The position numbers were made by a program, and so were the translations under genes. The notes below the pieces were generated by a model. The model searched no databases and was not told the DNA's origin. It saw nothing but the letters and a program-made list of their open reading frames with translations. 64,000 nucleotides of DNA from Reclinomonas americana ATCC 50394 (lineage: Eukaryota): the NCBI GenBank assembly GCA_048213135.1, contig PS015009.1, forward strand, positions 1,984,001-2,048,000, read 5' to 3'. Of this stretch, positions 49,113 to 59,450 are shown one piece after another; position 1 is the stretch's first letter; the number at the start of each line of letters is the position of its first letter.

Positions 49113-49811
49113 TTAAAAAATATCTTCTAATTCTTTCAGATGCGTGATTGTATAGGTGGGCTTCAATGCTGTGCTGGCATTGATGTGGTTCACAAAAACA
49201 CAATCCATACCGGCGTTGATGGCGCCCTGTATATCCGCTTCCAGGTTATCGCCCAGCATAATACTTTCGCTGAGTTGCGCTCCTGTTTTGTGCAGAGCAT
49301 AGTCAAAAATTTCTTTCTTCGGTTTCAGGCTGTTGCTGGTCTCTGATGTGATGACCGCGGTAAAATAATGCGCCAGCCCGCTGTTGTTGATCTTGCTCCA
49401 TTGCGTCTTCTCAAAACCATTGGTGATCAGGTGCAGCGCATATTGTTTGCTCACCAGGTAGTCGAGTATTTCCGTGGTATGCGGGAAGAGGTTCTTTTTG
49501 GTGGGCAGCAGTTCCAGGAATTTGCCGCTCAGGTCGCGGGCAAGCGCTTCATCGCCGATCTTGAAATCGAGCAGCGTACGCCACATCCTTTTCCATTTCA
49601 GTTCATCGGCAGTGATAAAGCCATTGTGATAACGGCCCCACAATATCTCGTTGTGATAAAGGTATTTCCGGTAAAAATCTTCAAAAGGGATGCCCAGCTT
49701 TTCTTCCAGCCTGAAATGTGCAAACAGGTCCGTCATGGTATCCCGGGCATTGCTGTCAAAATCCCAGAGGGTATGATCAAGATCGAAAAAGAGGTGTTGA
49801 TAGCGGCGCAT
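49113..49811 (-). CDS. YjjG-family HAD pyrimidine nucleotidase
   Basis: FFDLDHTLWDF, ITNGF, KP and MLGDNLEADI motifs. Confidence 0.92.
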   Translation of the reverse strand: MRRYQHLFFDLDHTLWDFDSNARDTMTDLFAHFRLEEKLGIPFEDFYRKYLYHNEILWGRYHNGFITADELKWKRMWRTLLDFKIGDEALARDLSGKFLELLPTKKNLFPHTTEILDYLVSKQYALHLITNGFEKTQWSKINNSGLAHYFTAVITSETSNSLKPKKEIFDYALHKTGAQLSESIMLGDNLEADIQGAINAGMDCVFVNHINASTALKPTYTITHLKELEDIF

Positions 49812-49900
49812 GTAAAACGGGTTGCTACGAATTGCCCGTAGTGCAGGCAGCTCAATAGTTCTATATTTGGGGTGCAATTTAATCATTTAACCGCTCATAC

Positions 49901-50599
49901 ATGAACGTCATTGTTACAGGGGCATCAAAAGGAATAGGCAGGGCCATCGCGGAAGTCTTTGCAGCAGAAGGGGCCACACTTTTCCTGTGTGCCCGTAATG
50001 AACACCAGCTGTACGCAACCGTTTCGGCGCTGCAGCAGCAATACCCGCACAGTACAGTGTATGCCCGCTCCTATGACCTGGCTGAAAAGGATCAGGCCGT
50101 TGCATTCGGTAACTGGTGCCTGGAAAAAGGCGCTCCCGCCATACTGGTCAACAATGCCGGCAGCTATCTGCCCGGTAGTCTTCACAATGAAGCTGAAGGA
50201 CAACTGGAACAAATGATGGCGGTTAACCTGTACAGTGCTTATCATCTTACCCGTACTGTTCTACCGGCTATGATCAGTGCCGGCGGCGGACATATCTTCA
50301 ACATGTGTTCCATAGCTTCTTTGGATGCTCATGAGAACGGCGGCAGTTACAGCGTAAGCAAGTTCGCCCTGGCCGGTTTCAGTAAGAACCTGAGGGAAGA
50401 GCTGAAGGAATCGGGGGTAAAAGTAACGGCTGTATATCCCGGTGCGGTAATGACGGATTCGTGGGGCAGTTTTGATAACTCCGGCAAACGCATCATGGAA
50501 GCGGGGGATATAGCGCAAATGGTACTGGCGGCCAGCAAACTGTCGCCCCAGGCGGTGGTGGAAGACATTATATTAAGACCCCAGCTGGGCGACCTGTAA
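49901..50599 (+). CDS. SDR family oxidoreductase
   Basis: TGASKGIG, NNAG and YSVSK motifs. Confidence 0.93.
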   Translation: MNVIVTGASKGIGRAIAEVFAAEGATLFLCARNEHQLYATVSALQQQYPHSTVYARSYDLAEKDQAVAFGNWCLEKGAPAILVNNAGSYLPGSLHNEAEGQLEQMMAVNLYSAYHLTRTVLPAMISAGGGHIFNMCSIASLDAHENGGSYSVSKFALAGFSKNLREELKESGVKVTAVYPGAVMTDSWGSFDNSGKRIMEAGDIAQMVLAASKLSPQAVVEDIILRPQLGDL

Positions 50600-50709
50600 T
50601 GTAATTTATTGCCAGCAGGAAACAGATTAACAGTTTTTTATAGCCGGTCATCTATTCCAACCCGTATCCCCGTGAATTTTATAAGGTAATTTTGTAGCTG
50701 TTTTAACTT

Positions 50710-52593
50710 ATGCCAGGCTTGATCAGGAAAATATTTCTTTCTTTCTTATTGTTCGCAGCGGTGAAAACCATGGGCCAGGCCCGGTTCTCTGCAACGGTTA
50801 CGCCACGTGAAATTGGCAAGGATGAGTATACCCAGCTTCGCCTGATCGTGGAGAACGCGGCAGATGTAAGAGAGATTATCCCCCCCTCATTAAGAGATTT
50901 TATTGTAGTAAGCGGCCCTTCGCAGGAAAGCGGCATGAGTAATATCAATGGCAGTGTAAGCCAGTACACCGGTATCAGCTACCTCATCAAACCCAGGCGT
51001 ACCGGAACGTTCACCATACCTTCCGCCGTAGTAATGGCCGACGGAAAAAAACTCAGCAGTCAGCCCGTAACTGTAAAGGTCACCAATGCCTCAACAGGTA
51101 ATGGCGCACAACCCGGAGGCGGCCTGTTTGCTTCTCCATTCGGTAATGCGGATCCCTTTGCCGAGCCGGAGCAACCGGCAATAAGTGAAGACCTGGTATT
51201 GAAGGAAGGAGAAGACGCAAGGCAGAAAGTGGGTAAAAATATGCTGGTGCGGGTGGAAACAGATAAAACCACCTGTTATGTGGGTGAACCGGTTGTAGCT
51301 ACTTACAAACTGTACACCAGGCTGCCCAGCGAAAGCAATATGACGAAGAACCCCTCCTTTAACGGTTTTTCAGTGATTGACCTGCAGCAACCCGGCAACA
51401 ATGAATACCGCCGCGAAAAATTCAACGGGAGAGAATACAATGTATACGTGATACGCAAGGCACAGCTTTACCCGCTGCAGGCAGGGCACCTGGAACTGGA
51501 GATAGCGGAAATTGAAAACAATATCCATTTCATAAAAGCGGCTTATGCAAAAAAAGCAGGAGGATCTTTTGGTATGATGGGGTTGCCGCCCGACGCCCTG
51601 GTTGATCAGAAAATAGTGCTGCAAAGTCAGCCGATGAGCATTGAGGTGAAGCCATTGCCTGATGCCGGTAAGCCGGCCAATTTTAAAGGTGCCGTAGGTG
51701 ATTTTGCTGTAGAAGCCCTGCTTGCCAATAAAGAATTCACGACTGATGACGCGGGAACACTTCGCATTGTTGTATCGGGACAGGGCAACCTGCAACTGGT
51801 TACTGCTCCTGATATCAGCTGGCCGGAGGGAATGGAAAGTTTTGACGCCAAAACATCCGATGACCTTTATAAAGGAACGGTACCGGTGAGTGGTAAAAAA
51901 ACAATCGACTATCCTTTTACCGTTGCGCAACCGGGAACCTATACACTGCCGCCAGTGTTATTCAGTTTTTTTGATCCCCGGTCGGGTAAATATAAAACGG
52001 TAAGCACCCAGCCTGTTTCTTTCACCGTTACAAAAGGAACGGGGAAGAAGAACTACCAGGTGCCTGAAACAGCAAAAAAAGAAAAATCGCTGCTGGTGCG
52101 TTTCTTCAGCAACCGCCTGCGGGTAGTAAGCGTGGTGGCCTGTCTCATCCTGCTGGGGCTGATCCTCTGGTTGAAGCGGGACAGGCGTACGGAAAATAAG
52201 AAAGCGGAAGCGCAGGCGCTTGTAGCTGCAAAGGAGAAAGAAGAACTGGACTCGCTGCAGGAGCTCCTGGAACAACAAAAGAACCCGCTGGCAGAATCGG
52301 AAGCGGCATTAGCGGCAGGAGATCCGCAGGCATTCTATAAACAACTTGATGAAGAACTTCGCAAGTACCTTTCCCATAAACTGCACCTGCCATTGCCGGA
52401 ACTCAATAAAAAAACGATCGCCGAAGAACTGGACCGTAACGGCATCAGTAATGAAACATCCCTGCTCATGCACCAGTTGCTGGATGAAATAGAATGGCAG
52501 CGCTATACCCCCTTCCCGGATAATGAAAAAATGCAGGGGATGTATGAAAAGGCGAATGGGATGATACAACTGATCAATACGTACAAGACCTAA
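50710..52593 (+). CDS. BatD family protein
   Basis: SGPSQES, YVGEPVVATYKLY, FKGAVGDF and FSFFDP motifs; C-terminal TM. Confidence 0.85.
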   Translation: MPGLIRKIFLSFLLFAAVKTMGQARFSATVTPREIGKDEYTQLRLIVENAADVREIIPPSLRDFIVVSGPSQESGMSNINGSVSQYTGISYLIKPRRTGTFTIPSAVVMADGKKLSSQPVTVKVTNASTGNGAQPGGGLFASPFGNADPFAEPEQPAISEDLVLKEGEDARQKVGKNMLVRVETDKTTCYVGEPVVATYKLYTRLPSESNMTKNPSFNGFSVIDLQQPGNNEYRREKFNGREYNVYVIRKAQLYPLQAGHLELEIAEIENNIHFIKAAYAKKAGGSFGMMGLPPDALVDQKIVLQSQPMSIEVKPLPDAGKPANFKGAVGDFAVEALLANKEFTTDDAGTLRIVVSGQGNLQLVTAPDISWPEGMESFDAKTSDDLYKGTVPVSGKKTIDYPFTVAQPGTYTLPPVLFSFFDPRSGKYKTVSTQPVSFTVTKGTGKKNYQVPETAKKEKSLLVRFFSNRLRVVSVVACLILLGLILWLKRDRRTENKKAEAQALVAAKEKEELDSLQELLEQQKNPLAESEAALAAGDPQAFYKQLDEELRKYLSHKLHLPLPELNKKTIAEELDRNGISNETSLLMHQLLDEIEWQRYTPFPDNEKMQGMYEKANGMIQLINTYKT

Positions 52594-52646
52594 ATATGCT
52601 TCGCTAAAATCCTAAATTTTGAATTATAAAAACGGGAATAAGATGC

Positions 52647-53357
52647 CTAGGCTGTCAGGGTAAACTTATAGCCAACGCCCCTTACGGCGTGAAAGAAGTT
52701 AGGATCGCGGCTGTCTTCTTCAAAATACTTACGGAAATTGAGGATGAAATTATCGATGGTCCTGGTAGTAGGATATACGTTATAGCCCCATACCGCCTGT
52801 AATATCTTCTCCCGCGTTACCACTTCATTTTTGTTCTCGATCAGGAGTTTCAGCAGCATGATCTCTTTTTTGGTGAGGGTTACTTTTTCTCCTGTTTTAG
52901 TGTAAGCCTCGGAGGCTTTGAAATCGATCTTGTTCTTGCCAAACTCAAAAATATCAGGCAGGGGTTGTTTGGCGCTGAGGCGGCGGCTTTTATCGATGAG
53001 TTTATTTACGCGTAACAATAACTCTTCAAGATTAAAAGGCTTGGTCAGGTAATCATCGGCTCCTTTTTTCAGTCCCAATACCCTGTCGGCACTGCTGTTT
53101 TTGGCACTAAGGATGAGGATGGGAATATCGGGGTTGTTGAGTCTTACGGTTTCACAAACGGTAATGCCATCCAGTTCGGGCAGCATTACGTCCAGTATCA
53201 TCAGGTTAAAATATTCGTGCTGAACAGCGCGAAGGGCTTCGGCGCCATCGTATGCGCTGGTTACATCGTATCCTTCCAGTTCCAGGTTCAGTTTAAGGGC
53301 TTCCTGCAGGTTTTCCTCGTCTTCCACGAGTAATATCGATAATTTCTTGTCGGACAT
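52647..53357 (-). CDS. OmpR-family response regulator
   Basis: ILLVEDE, LDVMLP, GADDYLTKPF and VRGVGYKF motifs. Confidence 0.95.
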   Translation of the reverse strand: MSDKKLSILLVEDEENLQEALKLNLELEGYDVTSAYDGAEALRAVQHEYFNLMILDVMLPELDGITVCETVRLNNPDIPILILSAKNSSADRVLGLKKGADDYLTKPFNLEELLLRVNKLIDKSRRLSAKQPLPDIFEFGKNKIDFKASEAYTKTGEKVTLTKKEIMLLKLLIENKNEVVTREKILQAVWGYNVYPTTRTIDNFILNFRKYFEEDSRDPNFFHAVRGVGYKFTLTA

Positions 53358-53366
53358 GCGCTAAAT

Positions 53367-54353
53367 CTACTGCTTTTCGGGTGATGATTGTAATTGAATG
53401 GTAAAAATAGCCCCACCTGGCACATTGTCTGTCACAGAAATGTTACCATTGTGCTGTTCCACTATCTTTTTGGTGAGGTACAGGCCCAAACCCGTTCCCT
53501 TGGCGGCTTTGGTAGCTGCATTGCCTATGCGGTAGAACTTCGTGAATATCTTCTGTTTTTCCTCGGCGGGTATACCTTTACCGTTGTCTTTCACTTCCAG
53601 GTATATACGTCCTTTTTTTTCTTCCAGTGAGACAAATACGGGCATGTCTTTCGTGGTGTATTTCACCGCATTCTCAACCAGGTTGTTCACGGCCATTTGC
53701 AGCAGGAGCTGGTCGCCGGTTACAAACAGGTCGGGGTTAATGTTCGTTATTAGTTGTCTTTCGGGGAAGCGGGTGCGGAAATCCTGTACACAGCCTTCTG
53801 CCAGTTCGCTGAAGTTGGTATCTTCCTGGGTAACACGGTAGCCGCCTGCTTCAATCTGGGAAGATAACAGCATATTGTTGCAGAGCGCATTCAGGCGGTT
53901 GGTTTCCTGCAGGGTGGTCTGTAACAGGCGCTGTTGCTGGGTTTCGTCCAGTTTTCTTTTTTGCATCGTTTCCAGGTTGAGCTTGGCAACGGCAATAGGC
54001 GTTTTCAGTTCATGGGTAAGCGCCATCATAAAGTGCTGCTGCTGCTGGCTGAATTTCAGCTGGCGGCGTACGGCCCGGTATACAAAAACGGCACCGGTAA
54101 ATATCACGAGTAAAAAAATAGAACCTTCGCCCAGGTATTGAGCTACTTTTCTTTTCTCATCCCTTTCAATTCTTTCCAGCTTGGCAGTATAGTATACATC
54201 GTCGAGTTTGAGCTCCTGTTTGCGAAACTGGCTCATCATTTCGTTCTGTTTATTCAGCGCAAAAAACCAGAAAATGAGGGCTGCCACAATATATACCAGC
54301 AGGAACCAGTAGATGAGGAAAATGAGTTGGAGTTTTTTGGGCTTGACCGGCAT
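53367..54353 (-). CDS. Sensor histidine kinase
   Basis: THELKTP, NLVENAVKY, DNGKGI and GTGLGL motifs; two TM segments. Confidence 0.95.
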   Translation of the reverse strand: MPVKPKKLQLIFLIYWFLLVYIVAALIFWFFALNKQNEMMSQFRKQELKLDDVYYTAKLERIERDEKRKVAQYLGEGSIFLLVIFTGAVFVYRAVRRQLKFSQQQQHFMMALTHELKTPIAVAKLNLETMQKRKLDETQQQRLLQTTLQETNRLNALCNNMLLSSQIEAGGYRVTQEDTNFSELAEGCVQDFRTRFPERQLITNINPDLFVTGDQLLLQMAVNNLVENAVKYTTKDMPVFVSLEEKKGRIYLEVKDNGKGIPAEEKQKIFTKFYRIGNAATKAAKGTGLGLYLTKKIVEQHNGNISVTDNVPGGAIFTIQLQSSPEKQ

Positions 54354-54382
54354 ATGGGGTACAAAGTTAACCTTTTCGGGTA

Positions 54383-54802
54383 CTATCGCACGGAAAGCTC
54401 GCCAAAGAGCAGTTTCCCGGCCTTCCAGTCGGCCGGCTCCAGTTTAAAATAATAATCCTCTATTACCTGCCCGGCTCTCCATACCTTGATCAGCACGGTC
54501 TTATTCCTTACAGCGCTGTCGCCGGGTATCGGTATCAGTACAGAGCCGGTACCCTCTTCATATCGTTTAGAAAAATTCCAGAGATCATGATAGCTTCCGT
54601 TAGTGGCGGCGCCGGCAATAAAGGACTTTACAAAATAAATGTGTTCGTCTTTACAGGTGAGTCGCAATTCCAGGGTAGTGGTGTTGAATGAACAGCAATT
54701 GGAAAGCATGGGTTTTTTCCCTCCCAGCAGGTACGAGTTGCACGACAGGGCAGCAAATACAACCGTTATGGTAAATACCAGGTTTTTCAGTGTCCTCATC
54801 AT
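54383..54802 (-). CDS. Lipoprotein, putative immunity protein of the upstream RHS toxin
   Basis: Lipobox AALSC; starts 2 nt after the RHS stop. Confidence 0.6.
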   Translation of the reverse strand: MMRTLKNLVFTITVVFAALSCNSYLLGGKKPMLSNCCSFNTTTLELRLTCKDEHIYFVKSFIAGAATNGSYHDLWNFSKRYEEGTGSVLIPIPGDSAVRNKTVLIKVWRAGQVIEDYYFKLEPADWKAGKLLFGELSVR

Positions 54803-54804
54803 AT

Positions 54805-57000
54805 CTATTTTGTTGGTGAAGCGACAAGTTTTACTTCCCTGCTTTGTTTATTATCCAGTTCATCAATCTCCTTTTTATATTTCACTTTTAAGTTATCGAC
54901 TTCGGAACTGAGTGCATTAACTACTTTCTCCTGCCTTTTGACCTGTCTTTCCAGTTTCCTGGCTTGCCTTGCCGGGCCGTCAAAGTTATCCTGTTTTGTA
55001 TTCAAGCTCTTTAATCTTTCCTGCGCTTTCTGAAGGTTGAAAGATGTGCCCACATATTGCATTATGCCTACTTTGGTATTGTCGTCATAATTGCTTTCCA
55101 ATACTTTCAGCGCCAGGGAATTCTGAAAGTTCATGAGTTCAACCATGGGTTGCTCAATACCATACGCTCTTTTCTCAGCAGGTGTATTATGGGAATAAAA
55201 TTTAGGATCATGTTCTTTACTGTCCTCGATAGCGGTCATTACCATATAACTCATGCTCCACTTCAGCCAGCTTCCCAGTCCGGAATATTCAGTCCGGTGC
55301 CTGTTCTCGTGTACAGTAAGATTAAGCCAGAAATCGGTCCACATTTCTTCGCTGTCAAATTTGTCCAGGTCGGTTCTTGAGCCGTACTTAATAGTATGAT
55401 AGATGGTTTGCGCATTGAAGCTGGTGTTCGTCTTTTTCCAGTGGGTATTCTGCATTTCAACCGTGCTGTATCCAAAAGCGGCATTAAAAAGAGCGATCAT
55501 GGGCTTGGTGAGTTTGCCCTGTTTGTCGATAATGAATTCCGGTTCCAATCCGTCGAGGTCTATGGCCTGTATGGGTGTATTTCCTGCAAACTGATAAGGA
55601 GAATAAAAAGGAAAAGAACGGGTGAGCGGGTCGGTACTCAGGAAGCGTCCCAGCCTGGGATCATATATCCTTTCGCCATAATCAACCTGGTTTCCCTGGC
55701 CTTTAACTTCATTGTCGTTTTCTTTGCCATTATAACCGTAACGGTAATTACCGGGCTGATATATTCTGCCCGTGAGGGGGCTGCCAAAAGGGGCATAATC
55801 TGCCGCCGCCAGTATATCCGGCTCATAATAGTCGATCACGGTGCCATTGGAAGAATGCGGCATTTTCCGGTCAGTGATCACTGTCATCACATTTCCTCTT
55901 GCGTCTGTAAGTTCATAACGTTTATTGCCTCTTGAGAACACGGAGATATGTCCCTCTTCCACGCCGGAAGCAGGGGAAGCCTGCCGGTACTGTTCCTTTA
56001 AACACTGGGATACAAAACTTCTGTCGATCGTTGTAGTATAACTTATTTTGTAATCGGCAACCATAAGGAACTGGTGGGCATACTCCAGCAGAAACTGGTA
56101 AGTACTTTGGGCAGCGGCATATTGGTTTATACCGGCCTTTGACCGGTTAAGCTGCTGCATATCTCTGTTTATTTCACTGATATTAGCCAGTATGGCAAAG
56201 CGTTCCATTTCGAGCCAGCCACGGTATAACAGGAACACATCTGTTTTTTCCCTGAGTATCAGTCCGGCTTTTTCCCTGCCCGGCTGAAGTTCATCAATCA
56301 ATTGACCAGCCCTGTTGTAATAACAAATTGATGACGTTTTATGATCCAGTACAGCTTTGTAAACCGGAGACAGCGCCACCTGGTTGTAATAGATGGTGAC
56401 GGCGTTTTCACCCTGGATTGTTTCCATTGCTCCATATGGAAGCGATAACGTTTTACCGGTAATACTGTCCTGCCCGATCTTAACCGGGTCAATGCTGTGG
56501 AATTCCCTGATCTGCCGCTCAACACTTAATTTCTGCCTGTCCAGTTCAATCAGCTTTTTAAGAGTGGTATTATGGTTCAGCGAATCATCGATCCTGAGCA
56601 GTTGTCTTTCATAGGGCGAAAACCTGGCGGCTTTACCGTTAGCCTGCAGGTTATTCCTGGCTTTAATGATCGTTTCCAGGTACCCGGTTGTAATGAGGTC
56701 GTAATAGCTGAAGGGGGATATTTTTTTGGACAGGAGGGCCTGCATATTATCATTGTTCAAGGGTACAGCATCAAAATAATAACCGTACCGGTCGAACCAG
56801 TAAATACATTTTTGCTTCTTATCTACTACAGACAAGTTGATGAATGCGGTGTTGCCGGTTTGGTAAAAAGGAACAAGCTGGTTGTTTGTTTTTAATCCTT
56901 TCAGCACGGGGTGCTGCCATTGAGGGTAGTCGCCTGTCGTTTGCGAAAACACGCTACAGGCATATAGGAGCATGACGGTTAAGGTGCAGATAGTTTTCAT
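54805..57000 (-). CDS. RHS-core protein with a signal peptide and a C-terminal HExxH domain
   Basis: YELTDARGNV..DYAPFG..YRYGYNGKE..DYGERIYDPRLGRFLSTDP..SPYQFAGNTPI..DLDG core; HENRH in the C-terminal domain. Confidence 0.85.
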   Translation of the reverse strand: MKTICTLTVMLLYACSVFSQTTGDYPQWQHPVLKGLKTNNQLVPFYQTGNTAFINLSVVDKKQKCIYWFDRYGYYFDAVPLNNDNMQALLSKKISPFSYYDLITTGYLETIIKARNNLQANGKAARFSPYERQLLRIDDSLNHNTTLKKLIELDRQKLSVERQIREFHSIDPVKIGQDSITGKTLSLPYGAMETIQGENAVTIYYNQVALSPVYKAVLDHKTSSICYYNRAGQLIDELQPGREKAGLILREKTDVFLLYRGWLEMERFAILANISEINRDMQQLNRSKAGINQYAAAQSTYQFLLEYAHQFLMVADYKISYTTTIDRSFVSQCLKEQYRQASPASGVEEGHISVFSRGNKRYELTDARGNVMTVITDRKMPHSSNGTVIDYYEPDILAAADYAPFGSPLTGRIYQPGNYRYGYNGKENDNEVKGQGNQVDYGERIYDPRLGRFLSTDPLTRSFPFYSPYQFAGNTPIQAIDLDGLEPEFIIDKQGKLTKPMIALFNAAFGYSTVEMQNTHWKKTNTSFNAQTIYHTIKYGSRTDLDKFDSEEMWTDFWLNLTVHENRHRTEYSGLGSWLKWSMSYMVMTAIEDSKEHDPKFYSHNTPAEKRAYGIEQPMVELMNFQNSLALKVLESNYDDNTKVGIMQYVGTSFNLQKAQERLKSLNTKQDNFDGPARQARKLERQVKRQEKVVNALSSEVDNLKVKYKKEIDELDNKQSREVKLVASPTK

Positions 57001-57060
57001 TGAGGTATGATTTATAGCGTTTAAAACCTAACTGTTCCACCTGGCCTGCACTTGTGTTCC

Positions 57061-57939
57061 TCAGTTCCTCTTATCCAGTCCCCAGCTCAGTTTGTCCCTG
57101 AGTGTCTGGAGGAAATTATTCTCATTCAGGCGGATGAGGTTGATGCCGAATTGCTCTTTTCTAACCGCGAGCTGTATTTCCTTCGATACCACTTCCCTGC
57201 GGCTGTCGAGTGTGCAGAGGAACCCATCGGTACGGCCTTCCACTTCAAAAGAAATGATGTTGTTGTCGGGTACAACAATAGGGCGTATGTTGAGGTTGTG
57301 CGGTGATACGGGTGTTATTACAAAGCTGCCACTGTCGGGGAAGACCACGGGGCCGCCGCAGCTCAGGTTGTAACCCGTGGAGCCGGTAGGGGTGGATACG
57401 ATCAATCCATCTGCCCAGTACGTATTCAGAAACTCACCATTGAGGTAGGTGTGTATCCTGATCATGGGAGAAGTATCTTTTTTATGCAGGGAAAATTCGT
57501 TGAGTGCGTAAGGCACTTTGCCAAACAGCGGTACATTGGCATCGAGGTGGATGAGTGTACGGTGATCGAGTACAAAAGTGCGGTTTACCAGCGCGGCAAT
57601 GGCGGTTTGCAGTTCCTCCCGGCCTATATTGGCCAGGAAGCCCAGCCTGCCGTAATTGATACCGAGAATGGGTGTTCCCTTGTCACGTACCAGTGTTACG
57701 GTGTCGAGCAGGGTACCGTCGCCGCCGAGGCTCATCATACAGTCAATACTTTCATCAAGATCATCGGAAGCGTTGAATGTAGAGTATTTCGTTTTAATGT
57801 CGATAGCCGAATAGAACTGGTTGAAGAAATCCTGGTAAAAAACAGGTTCCACGCCTTCGGCATCCAGTTCATCCAGTAATTTAACGATGTCGGGCAACTG
57901 GTTGTTGGCGATCCCCCGGCTGTATATGGCTATGCGCAT
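57061..57939 (-). CDS. nadK: NAD kinase
   Basis: SLGGDGT, GRLGFL, LNE and DGLIVSTPTGSTGY motifs. Confidence 0.96.
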   Translation of the reverse strand: MRIAIYSRGIANNQLPDIVKLLDELDAEGVEPVFYQDFFNQFYSAIDIKTKYSTFNASDDLDESIDCMMSLGGDGTLLDTVTLVRDKGTPILGINYGRLGFLANIGREELQTAIAALVNRTFVLDHRTLIHLDANVPLFGKVPYALNEFSLHKKDTSPMIRIHTYLNGEFLNTYWADGLIVSTPTGSTGYNLSCGGPVVFPDSGSFVITPVSPHNLNIRPIVVPDNNIISFEVEGRTDGFLCTLDSRREVVSKEIQLAVRKEQFGINLIRLNENNFLQTLRDKLSWGLDKRN

Positions 57940-57950
57940 GATGTTTGTTG

Positions 57951-59450
57951 TTAAAATCCGTTCTGTGTGTGAATAAAGCGTCCAAATCTGCCTAATTGAT
58001 TCCCGCTGAATTCAATCTTGCCTGTGAAATCGTATAACGAAACAATATCTATCCCGATACCGCCGCTATACAGGAAACGATTGTTAAGATAAGAAGAATA
58101 TTGCTTTTTATTGTATGCATATCCCATGTCAAAATACGTTTTCGCATAAATAGTAAAAGGGATGCGGTTGGTGAGACGGGGAAACCACCGGAACGGAACA
58201 TTAAATGAAACAATTTTTTTCCTGAGCGTAGTTTTGAATAGCGCTGTTGCTACACCATCTATCACATAATATTCGGTACCCCTTAAGTAATTCTCTCCAT
58301 ACCCTAACCCCCGCTGGTTGATGTAAGGCTGGTCAAAAGGCAGCCTGATACGGCCCCACAACTGACTGTTCAGATACCAGCCTCTTCCTGCGTTCCAATA
58401 GCGGTTGAAGCTTCCTTCAAGCGTCAGCATATTGACGCCGCCTTTCCATTCAAATCCTCTTTTTGAAATGCTAAAATAACCCGTGATACCACTCAGGGGG
58501 TTCGTTACATTATCGAGGTCGGTATATTGGTATACATAACCGAGATCGAAAAGATGCGCAGCATTCTTATTAAGATTAAAGTAGTTGGAGTTTTTTATTA
58601 TAACGGAATCATCCACCTTAACAAAACTGTAAGCGGCAGTAATATTATGCCGCCTGAATAAACCTCTCCTGATGGAATACCCGGTGCTTAAATACCAGCT
58701 GTTCCGCACAAATACACCCGGTTCCCATTTTTGTCCTTTCGCAATTCTGGGATAGAACAAAAGGCGATTGAGTGAATCGATACGGCTGGAGGTGTTTACC
58801 ATGTATGGCACTTCCCTGTTTTGAGAGTACCCGGCGCCTATTGCAAAGCCATCCGTGAGTTTTTTATTGCTGTAAGGATTAGAGTAGCCGATAGAAATAT
58901 TCCGGGAGTAACCATTAATAAGTACAATGCGTAAAACATCGCGTCTGCCGCTCAGGTTATACTGGGTGAACTTAATGCCGTAATTGATCCTTGAGAAACT
59001 TCTTTTATAAGTATCCCACCATTCATTGAAATTACGGTCGGCCAGTTGTATCTGCGGTGCAGGATAGAGGTACCATTTCTCCCTTAATTGAACGGCAATG
59101 TCTAGTTCGTTGTTGTCGAGCACCACGGCATCGATCTTTACCAGGTCGAACAGGGTGGTGTTGTATACCTGCCTGCGGCCCTGTTCCAGTTCTTTTTCCA
59201 GCGTTCCGGCGGTGAGGGAGTCGCCTGTTTTAAAATGCAGTTCCCGTTGTATGATGTACATTTTGGTCCGGCGGTTGCCTTTTATCGTAATGCTGCGTAT
59301 GGGAAGACGGGTAAGTGAATCGATGGATGCTGCAGGTTTACCGGAAAGCGTAAGGAAATTGTTTTCGGCCTTTTGAATGATCTGTGCCCGGCCCTGCAGG
59401 GATAGCATCAGCAACAGGCTGCAACAAAGTATTCTGACGGGCAGTGACAT
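57951..59450 (-). CDS. Omp85/POTRA-domain outer membrane protein
   Basis: ITIKGNRRTKMYIIQREL POTRA segment followed by an amphipathic barrel with a terminal Phe. Confidence 0.8.
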   Translation of the reverse strand: MSLPVRILCCSLLLMLSLQGRAQIIQKAENNFLTLSGKPAASIDSLTRLPIRSITIKGNRRTKMYIIQRELHFKTGDSLTAGTLEKELEQGRRQVYNTTLFDLVKIDAVVLDNNELDIAVQLREKWYLYPAPQIQLADRNFNEWWDTYKRSFSRINYGIKFTQYNLSGRRDVLRIVLINGYSRNISIGYSNPYSNKKLTDGFAIGAGYSQNREVPYMVNTSSRIDSLNRLLFYPRIAKGQKWEPGVFVRNSWYLSTGYSIRRGLFRRHNITAAYSFVKVDDSVIIKNSNYFNLNKNAAHLFDLGYVYQYTDLDNVTNPLSGITGYFSISKRGFEWKGGVNMLTLEGSFNRYWNAGRGWYLNSQLWGRIRLPFDQPYINQRGLGYGENYLRGTEYYVIDGVATALFKTTLRKKIVSFNVPFRWFPRLTNRIPFTIYAKTYFDMGYAYNKKQYSSYLNNRFLYSGGIGIDIVSLYDFTGKIEFSGNQLGRFGRFIHTQNGF

